Shown: in pieces, positions 1-6,832 of the stretch | How the letters are laid out: each line of letters opens with the position of its first letter | Position numbering within the stretch: position 1 is the first letter of the stretch | Source: Octopus sinensis | Lineage: Eukaryota | Direction of reading: 5' to 3' | NCBI RefSeq assembly: GCF_006345805.1 | Contig: NW_021829150.1 | Coordinates: 1-6,832 of the forward strand | Length of the DNA stretch: 6,832 nt | The notes under the pieces: model-generated | What the model was told of the DNA's origin: nothing | The model's input: the letters and a program-made list of their open reading frames with translations, nothing else | Databases searched by the model: none | Position numbers and translations under genes: made by a program

Positions 1-53
1 ATGCGCGACTGAACAGACACGTGTAATCATAACCACGTGCATATATGTGCCTG

Positions 54-80
54 TATATATATATATATACATATATATAC

Positions 81-146
<66 letters not shown>
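54..146. repeat. Compound (TA)n/(CA)n microsatellite
   Basis: Directly visible tandem dinucleotides. Confidence 0.97.
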
Positions 147-148
<2 letters not shown>

Positions 149-240
149 ATATGTTGGTGCAAATAGGAAAAATAGAACTCAAAATATGAGTATATGGATA
201 TTTCTACGAATATTCAGCAGAAATAACAGTTTGAGTGAAT

Positions 241-292
241 GTCTGAGTGTTTCGTGTGTTGGCACTTGTGCCGACACACGAACCTCTCGGAC
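241..292. repeat. GC-richer hairpin: 25-nt arms, 2-nt loop
   Basis: GTCTGAGTGTTTCGTGTGTTGGCAC-TT-GTGCCGACACACGAACCTCTCGGAC gives 21 Watson-Crick pairs, 2 G-T pairs and 2 mismatches. Confidence 0.9.
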
Positions 293-325
293 CTGAGTCT
301 GTCTGTCTTACTTCTGCTAAATAGT

Positions 326-404
326 TATATATAATATCTATATATATAATTATATATATATATATATATACTCACATATACACACACACTCATATATACA
401 CACC

Positions 405-470
<66 letters not shown>

Positions 471-666
471 TATATATACATACATATGTAGATATTTAGA
501 GAGATAGTAAGATATATATGTATGTATTGTGCCTGCATATATACAACGTGTCTGTATGCATATGTGTATGTGTGCGTGTGTGTGCATATGTGTGTGTGTG
601 TGTGTGTGTATTTGTCCCTCACCGCCACTGCGCAAGCTTTGCATACACACACACACACACATATAG

Positions 667-710
<44 letters not shown>
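326..710. repeat. Compound (TA)n/(CA)n/(TG)n microsatellite region
   Basis: Directly visible, with short unique interruptions. Confidence 0.95.
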
Positions 711-805
711 GACTAGTCTTTGCAGATATAGAGATGTACATCGTGTGAATAGTATGCTACTAAAATGAACATGCACTGAAGTTAAACACGTCTACCTATT
801 TATCC

Positions 806-809
806 CTCC

Positions 810-850
<41 letters not shown>

Positions 851-990
851 TTATTTTATATATATACACACACATATATGTTATATAGACACACACACAC
901 ACACACACACTATATATATATATACATATATATATAGAGAGAGAGATAGATATATTAATATATATATATATATACATATACGTGCACATA

Positions 991-1057
<67 letters not shown>

Positions 1058-1084
1058 CATATATATATAACATGTATATATATA
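806..1084. repeat. (CT)n followed by compound (TA)n/(CA)n/(GA)n microsatellite
   Basis: (CT)n at ~806-850, then TA/CA/GA runs up to the SINE tail. Confidence 0.95.
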
Positions 1085-1540
1085 CTTTTGTATTTTTATT
1101 TCTTACATGTTTCAGTCATTTGAATGCGGCCAAGCTTGAGCAACGTGTTAAACGGTTTTTAGCCGGAGAAATCGACTCCAGGACCTAATCTTCATAAGCG
1201 TAGTACTTATTCTATCGGCCTCTTTTGCTGAAATGCTAAGTTACGGGGCATAAACACGCCATCATCGGTTGCCAACCGATGGTTGGGAGGTGGGAACAAA
1301 TGCAGATAGAAAGGCACATACACACATACACACACACTCACACACACACACGCACACACGCACACACGCACGTAAGTATGTACATAAGTATATGACGAGC
1401 TTCTTTCAGTTTCCGTCTAACAAATCCACTCTGATGGATTTGGTCAGCCCAGGGTATAGTAGGAGACACTTGCCCAAGGTAGCACACAGTGGAACTGAAC
1501 CCGAAACCATGTGGTTGGAAGCAAGCCTCTTACCACACGG
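1085..1540 (-). mobile_element. tRNA-derived SINE, near full-length diverged copy (Octopus OR/OK-type; family name not certain)
   Basis: The minus strand starts with a partial A-box (CCGTGTGGTAAG) and a B-box-like GGTTCAGTTCC (1501-1491). ACCTTGGGCAAGT follows, resembling the start of the CORE-SINE domain. There is an internal (TG)n tract and a 3' end CAAATGACTGAAACA plus A-rich tail. It aligns colinearly, in reverse complement, with 4402-4764. Confidence 0.88.
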
Positions 1541-1544
1541 ATAA

Positions 1545-1808
1545 TATACATCCATCCATACATAAATACATACATACATACATACATACATACATACATA
1601 CATACATACATACATCATGCATACATACATACATACATACAATACATACATACATACATACATACATGCATGCATACACATACATACATACATACATACA
1701 TCTCATACAATACATACATACATACACACCACACACATATATTAAAAGTAAACTAATATATATAATATTTATATATTATATATATATATATATATATATT
1801 ATATAATT

Positions 1809-1859
<51 letters not shown>

Positions 1860-1900
1860 ATAAAAAAGTAAACTAATATATATATATATATATTTTATAT
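1545..1900. repeat. (TACA)n tetranucleotide tract grading into imperfect (TA)n
   Basis: (TACA)n at ~1567-1725 and (TA)n at ~1755-1900. Confidence 0.95.
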
Positions 1901-1913
1901 ATTTTATAGAAGG

Positions 1914-1964
1914 AGCTTCTACAGGACTAGAACCGTTTCATTCAAATGAAATCATCAGGAAGCC
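1914..1964 (-). ncRNA. Type I hammerhead ribozyme motif (structurally complete candidate)
   Basis: The minus strand reads (G)GCUUC-CUGAUGA-U-UUCAUUUGAA-U-GAAA-CGG-UUCUAGUC-CU-GUA-GAAGC(U). Stem I is GCUUC/GAAGC (+ coordinates 1959-1963 and 1915-1919). The core is CUGAUGA (1952-1958) plus GAAA (1936-1939). Stem II is short (UUC/GAA). Stem III is ACGG/CUGU with one G-U pair. The NUH triplet is GUA, with predicted cleavage between 1920 and 1919. Caveat: the stem II closing pair is U-U rather than the usual G-C. Confidence 0.7.
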
Positions 1965-2007
1965 TGATGATTTCATTTGAATGAAACAGTTCTAGTCCCG
2001 TAGAAGC
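1963..2007 (+). ncRNA. Second hammerhead motif copy, 5'-truncated and probably defective
   Basis: Reads C-CUGAUGA-UUUCAUUUGAAU-GAAA-CAG-UUCUAGUC-CC-GUA-GAAGC. The core is intact. The 5' strand of stem I is cut to 1 nt at the palindrome centre, and stem III has an A-C mismatch. Confidence 0.5.
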
Positions 2008-2096
2008 TCCTTCTATAAAAAATAAATTAATTTACTCTGCTATATATTGAGTACCTTATTTACTGTGGTTAACCCCGACTCACCCCGGGACCTACA

Positions 2097-2216
2097 TATA
2101 TATATTTATATATATATCTATATATATATATTATATATATATATATTATATATAATATATATATATATATATCTAAAATATAATATATAAAAGTAACTAA
2201 TATATATATATATATA
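2097..2216. repeat. Imperfect (TA)n microsatellite
   Basis: Directly visible. Confidence 0.95.
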
Positions 2217-2927
2217 GTTTACTTTATGATGTTTTTACTTATAACTTTTATGTAAGCTAATATTAAGTTAATATTCTCATAAGTCTTTTAACTATTTCTA
2301 TATTCATACTAAATAATAGATTGCCTGAATGTTCCACCTTAATCAAATATTAGTAACTATACACACTTGAATTAAATTCTACATACTAATCTTATAAGAG
2401 TAGCCATAATAGCAGAATATGACACTTTTACCAATTGTAACTACTTGAGCTTTCTTATACTTGTAACTCAAGACGAATATATTGTTTTGCTTCCATTATA
2501 CACAACCTTACTCTCCTTCTAAGGTCTCTACCATTTTATACTACGTTCTTAACGCATAAAGTTTTATCAATTAACGGTTCGCAGAGTTTTACTCAATATG
2601 CAGGTATTGAACACTTATTTTGTATATCTTTATCTAACCCTGAAGAGATACAACTTTCAAATAATTTGAAATTTAATTAATTAACCTTCTGAGAGTCTGA
2701 ATTTTCTAATTTTATTATTATAATAAATATATATGTATATAAACCACGGTTTATATAGTTACCTTTCAGTTGAGTATTAAGTACAATGTTCAGTATTCTC
2801 TGTATAGGTAATTAACCAGTGCTTTCATAGGGTTTACCTGACTGAGGTTTGTAACCTTTAATAGTACTCGTATATATATATGTATATATATATAGTAGTA
2901 GGTTTGGAGATTATGTACAGGTATTAT

Positions 2928-3020
2928 ATATTAGAAGAAATTAGGTACTCAGAAATCTGGATGGTTTTCTATTAAATATAAAACCATCCACATTTCTGAG
3001 TACCTCATTTCTTCTAATAT
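2928..3020. repeat. Long inverted repeat: 41-bp arms
   Basis: 2928-2968 pairs with 2980-3020 at 39/41 positions (mismatches 2942/3006 and 2957/2991). The 11-nt spacer is itself partly self-complementary. Confidence 0.95.
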
Positions 3021-3072
3021 GTATGTGTGTATATATATAATTTCTCGATCTTTGTCTCTCTCACTATATATA

Positions 3073-3125
3073 TAGACAGACAGACAAACAGAAAGACATA
3101 GAGACAGTCAGATAGACAGACAGAC

Positions 3126-3180
<55 letters not shown>

Positions 3181-3182
3181 CA
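3073..3182. repeat. (GACA)n/(GATA)n tetranucleotide microsatellite
   Basis: Directly visible. Confidence 0.96.
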
Positions 3183-3479
3183 GGCATATATAAATGTATG
3201 TATATATGTATGTGTTTGTATATATCGATATGTGTTTTATATTATCCATTTACATAGATATATGTGATGTGTTTAATCGTACACACATATATGTGTGTGT
3301 GTGTGATTATGTGTGTGTTTCTGTACGTGTGTGAACATACTCATGTACAAAATGTTCATACTTACATACATACCTGCATGCATACATGCACATATACTTT
3401 GTGGTGACCTTATGGTTTTCCATGCACGAATCTTATAACAGAATTAACGCTTGATGTTCCAGAATATATGTGATGCACA

Positions 3480-3687
3480 TATAGATATATATTCATATAC
3501 ATACATAAATACATACAAATACACACGCACTCACACACACACACGCATATACACGCACGCACACATGTACACACACATATGCATTCATATACATACATAC
3601 CGTATAATCCACGTGTGTGTATGTATGTATGTATGTATGTATGTATGTATGTATGTATGTATGTATGTATGTGTGTGTGTGTATGTA

Positions 3688-3718
<31 letters not shown>

Positions 3719-3766
3719 ATGTATGTATGTATGTATGTATGTATGTATGTATGTATCTATGTATGT
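3480..3766. repeat. (CA)n/(TACA)n followed by (TATG)n/(TG)n microsatellite
   Basis: Directly visible; (TATG)n at ~3620-3766. Confidence 0.95.
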
Positions 3767-4112
3767 AGGCAGTGTGCGCCACAGGTTTAACCGGCCATAT
3801 TTTCCATTCTGGATCACGTCCTTTGTAGATTTATTAGCTGCAAATCACAGACAAAGAAAGCAAGACGTGCTGCCGCCGCGCAATGGAAGGTTTTGGGCTT
3901 TGAAAAACTACGAATATCTAAATGTTGATTGGAATATAACTAATAATCAAATAGCAAAGTTTTCGGTTTTATAATTCGTAATAAAACAATGATCGTATAA
4001 TAGGCTACTAACCCTATAAATATCAAAGATTCAATGCATAGAAATGTTGCTACCGCTTTACCTCTCTCAAGAACTTTGATAAAGATCAGCCAACCTAAGT
4101 ACCCGTCTCTAA

Positions 4113-4200
4113 GCTGCTGTTTGATCTGGTAGAAATAGCAGCGAAGTTTCCTCAAATCACATAGTAACTATCTTTAAAACGGAAGTAAGCGGTATACAGT
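4113..4200 (+). repeat. Possible degraded interspersed repeat
   Basis: TTTGATCTGGTAGAAATAGCAGCGAAGTTTCCTCAAATCACA resembles a repeat I recall from octopus DNA. There is no second copy in this window, so it is unverified. Confidence 0.3.
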
Positions 4201-4401
4201 TATAAAATAGTTTAGTGATAGATTTGACTCATCGTTGCATTAATAATACAATCTCGTAGCTTGAGTGCCCTTTGCATAGCCTTCTCATTTGCAAGCATTC
4301 GGAAAAAATCTCCGGTATTGTGTCTTTTCCCTTAGTCTCACACTGGACTAGGAGGCCCTGTATAGATTCTTTGTCACTGCCGTCTTTTCTGACTAAAAAA
4401 T

Positions 4402-4764
4402 ACATGGTTCCGGGTTCAGCCCCACTGCGTGGCACCTTCGACAAATGTCTTCTACTATAGCCTCAGGCTGACCAAAGCCTTGTGAGTGGATTTGGTAGAT
4501 GGAAACTGAAAGAAGCCCGTCGTATATATGTATATATATATATATGTATGTGTGTGTCTGTGTTTGTCCCCCTAGCATTGCTTGACAACCGATGCTGGTG
4601 TGTTTATGTCCCCGTTTTTACCGGTTCGGCAAAAGAGACCGATAGAATAAGTACTAGGCTTACAAAAGAATAAGTCCCGGGGTCGAGTTGCTCGATTAAA
4701 GGCGGTGCTCCAGCATGGCCGCAGTCAAATGACTGAAACAAGTAAAAGAGAATAAAATAGAATA
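4402..4764 (+). mobile_element. tRNA-derived SINE, same family, 5'-truncated (A-box missing)
   Basis: Begins ACATGGTTCCGGGTTCAGCCCCACTGCGTGGCACCTT (B-box-like 4413-4423). Has an internal TA/TG microsatellite (~4523-4562). Ends GGCGGTGCTCCAGCATGGCCGCAGTCAAATGACTGAAACAAGTAAAAGAG plus an A-rich tail. Homologous to 1085-1540 and 5049-5113. Confidence 0.9.
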
Positions 4765-5048
4765 TATAAAGTGGATGTTTGTAGTTTATAATTCACCTGT
4801 AGTTATAGGTAACAACATTCTCTACACTTTCTTGTATCTACTGACAAGAATGTCCTTTCTTTCTTTCTTTTTTTTTGCGGGTTGGGAATTTAATGGTTCA
4901 CTTGTCTACACATGGATACACAGGTACATTGGTAGACGCATGCATACACACTTGTATGTAAATCTGTGTATACACTTATACACAGTTATATACATATACA
5001 TGTATACATATGTGTATACACAAACACATATATATATATATAATGTAT

Positions 5049-5113
5049 ATTCTTTTATCCTTTATTCTTTTACTTGTTTCAGTCATTTGACTGCGGTCAT
5101 GCTGGAGCACCGC
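5049..5113 (-). mobile_element. 3'-terminal fragment of the same SINE (or of its partner LINE tail)
   Basis: 5066-5113 is the reverse complement of 4702-4749 at 47/48 positions. It is followed on - by an (AATAAAAG)-like repeated tail. Confidence 0.88.
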
Positions 5114-5118
5114 TTAAT

Positions 5119-5132
5119 CATATATATATATC

Positions 5133-5172
<40 letters not shown>

Positions 5173-5231
5173 CATACATATATATTTGTTGTAATTGCGT
5201 ACGTGTGTGGTGTATGTTGTATTCATATATA

Positions 5232-5264
<33 letters not shown>

Positions 5265-5287
5265 GATAGATAGATAGATAGATAGAT

Positions 5288-5320
<33 letters not shown>

Positions 5321-5366
5321 TTTAGATAGATAGATAAACATGCACTGCTTATGCTTATATATATAT

Positions 5367-5399
<33 letters not shown>

Positions 5400-5450
5400 T
5401 ATATATACACTATATATAATATATATATATATAATATATATATAATATAC
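5119..5450. repeat. Compound (TA)n/(GATA)n microsatellite
   Basis: (GATA)n at ~5263-5336, between TA tracts. Confidence 0.95.
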
Positions 5451-5732
5451 TTATAAATGTACTCATATGCATATACGCATGCACGTTCAATCCCACATAT
5501 TTTTCATGTATATACGTTTGTATGTATGTATCTGTATATGTGCATGTCTGCATGCCTGCATGAACGAAAGTGACGTGCCAAGTGTTTTGCTATCAGGATA
5601 CCAGCCTACTTGCTTGGTCAGGCAATCAGTTTTTCAGTTAGATACTGGAAAATTTTAGTTTCGTTTGTAACGTGAGCCTGTACCAAATTGAGAAGACTTA
5701 AGAGAGACCTGTCACCACACATCAACGCCAAA

Positions 5733-5778
5733 CAGCACCACCACCACCACCACCAGCACCGCCGCCGCCGCCGCTGCC
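5733..5778. repeat. (CAC)n/(CGC)n trinucleotide repeat
   Basis: CAGCACCACCACCACCACCACCAGCACCGCCGCCGCCGCCGCTGCC. Confidence 0.92.
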
Positions 5779-5916
5779 AACACAATATCCCCACACTGCC
5801 TTGACTTCCGGCTGTGGAATGGTCCTGTCTAAATGTCCTTTGTCTTCATGAATATTAGCTGAAAGGACATCCTTTCATCTCAGTGTTTATAAGTGCAATT
5901 TCATGTTAAACTACGA

Positions 5917-6025
5917 CAACAGCAGCTAACAAAAGCAGCAGTAGCCTCAGCAGCAGCCTCCACATCATCATCATCATCATCAACATCAACAATAATAGTA
6001 TTAATAATAATAATAATAATAATAA
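5917..6025. repeat. Compound trinucleotide repeat (CAG)n-(CAT)n-(CAA)n-(AAT)n
   Basis: Directly visible. Confidence 0.92.
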
Positions 6026-6337
6026 TCGTTGCCGAGTTATAAGAATTTATCAGCCTTTAGTAATGGTGAACGTACGTGTAGATATGGCGGCGAATCGCAA
6101 CTATCTTTATAGGTGCTTTGATAAATACTTATGACTTATGTATATATATGCACGCAGGAACACAAGTAGTTTTGATACATAGCTATGCAAATCATAACCG
6201 TCCATGCATGCACGCTAGCATGCATCATTCCAACCCTCTAACCATCAAGCCATCAAACCATCCATTCATATCTCATTCGATCAACTTTCACTCTCTTTTT
6301 TTTTCTCTTCCCTATCTCTCTCCCTCTTTATCTCAAG

Positions 6338-6377
6338 TATATATGTGCATGTGTGTGTGTTCGTGTGTGTGCACGAG

Positions 6378-6448
<71 letters not shown>

Positions 6449-6787
6449 CATGTTGTGTGTGTATACATACATACATAATACATATATATATTATATATAC
6501 GTACATATAAACCACACATTATATATACGTATATATGTGTGTGTTTATTTATATCCATATATATATGCACATAGACATATGTATGCATATATATATATAT
6601 GTGTGTGTGTATACATATTATACATTATATATTACATATTATATACTATATATTTAAATAATATACATACATATATACATATATACATACATAAATAACT
6701 GTATATATACATATATATCAGTATATATGCATACATACATAAATATTCACACACATATATCCATTTAGTTATCTATTCATCTTTCTT

Positions 6788-6819
<32 letters not shown>

Positions 6820-6822
6820 GTC
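6338..6822. repeat. Compound (TG)n/(TA)n/(TACA)n region ending in (CT)n
   Basis: Pure (TA)n at ~6379-6440 and (CT)n at ~6781-6822. Confidence 0.95.
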
Positions 6823-6832
6823 TTCCTTTTAT

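Larger units (their letters stand above)
1902..2020. repeat. Long inverted repeat: 58-bp arms, 3-nt spacer
   Basis: 1902-1959 is the reverse complement of 1963-2020 at 56/58 positions (mismatches 1923/1999 and 1934/1988). Spacer AAG at 1960-1962. Confidence 0.97.
1902..2096 (+). mobile_element. Probable Penelope-like element pseudo-LTR remnant with inverted partial duplication
   Basis: Order on +: hammerhead motif, AATAAA (2021-2026), GAGTACCT (2049-2056), CCTAC (2091-2095), then (TA)n. It is flanked by (TA)n on both sides. Hammerhead-bearing terminal repeats in inverted arrangement are established for PLEs. No RT or GIY-YIG coding sequence is visible, so the family call is an inference. Confidence 0.5.

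Noticed and set aside
600-640. GTGTGTATTTGTCCCTCACC resembling the SINE segment after its internal microsatellite
   Set aside because: The match is only about 10 informative bases, too short to call.
1465-1540. tRNA gene
   Set aside because: A/B-box-like motifs are present, but there is no complete cloverleaf and the sequence continues into the SINE body. It is a SINE head.
1902-2020. MITE/DNA transposon or rho-independent terminator interpretation of the palindrome
   Set aside because: The context is eukaryotic. One arm continues into further element-like sequence (2021-2096), and the hammerhead core with a stem I-completing spacer explains it better. A MITE is not fully excluded.
1744-2200. 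CRISPR-like repeat-spacer array from the recurring AAAGTAAACTA motif
   Set aside because: The repeats are too short and irregularly spaced, the spacers are mostly (TA)n, there are no cas genes, and the DNA is eukaryotic.
3767-3974. Non-repetitive tail of ORF 3579-3974 (GSVRHRFNRPYFPFW...) as a possible exon
   Set aside because: No recognisable protein similarity or convincing splice signals, and an open stretch this long can occur by chance.
5833-5877. Overlapping small hairpins (ATGTCCTTT/AAAGGACAT and TGAAAGGA/TCCTTTCA)
   Set aside because: 8-9 bp stems can arise by chance or local slippage, and there is no supporting context.
350-6698. ORFs in the six-frame track (YI, HT, CV and MYVC repeats, and SINE-overlapping ORFs)
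   Set aside because: Most are stop-free translations of microsatellites or SINE sequence, and the few in unique sequence (e.g. 3940-4155, 4229-4444) are short. None shows a recognisable domain.

Overview
Non-coding, very AT-rich eukaryotic DNA (intronic or intergenic), dominated by compound microsatellites: (TA)n, (CA)n, (TACA)n, (GATA)n, (CT)n and trinucleotide runs. No credible protein-coding gene; the listed ORFs are mostly translations of microsatellites or SINE sequence. One tRNA-headed SINE family is present three times: near full-length on - (1085-1540), 5'-truncated on + (4402-4764) and a 3' tail fragment on - (5049-5113). From recall, not a search, the SINE and repeat landscape look like an Octopus/coleoid cephalopod genome. 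The most notable structure is a 119-bp near-perfect palindrome (1902-2020) made of two head-to-head copies of a type I hammerhead-ribozyme motif. The - strand copy has all three stems and a GUA cleavage triplet. It sits in a cluster of short AT-rich islands inserted in (TA)n tracts. Several islands carry fold-back ends and a shared GAGTACCT-type terminal motif, best explained as Penelope-like element (pseudo-LTR) or related non-autonomous ribozyme-retroelement remnants.
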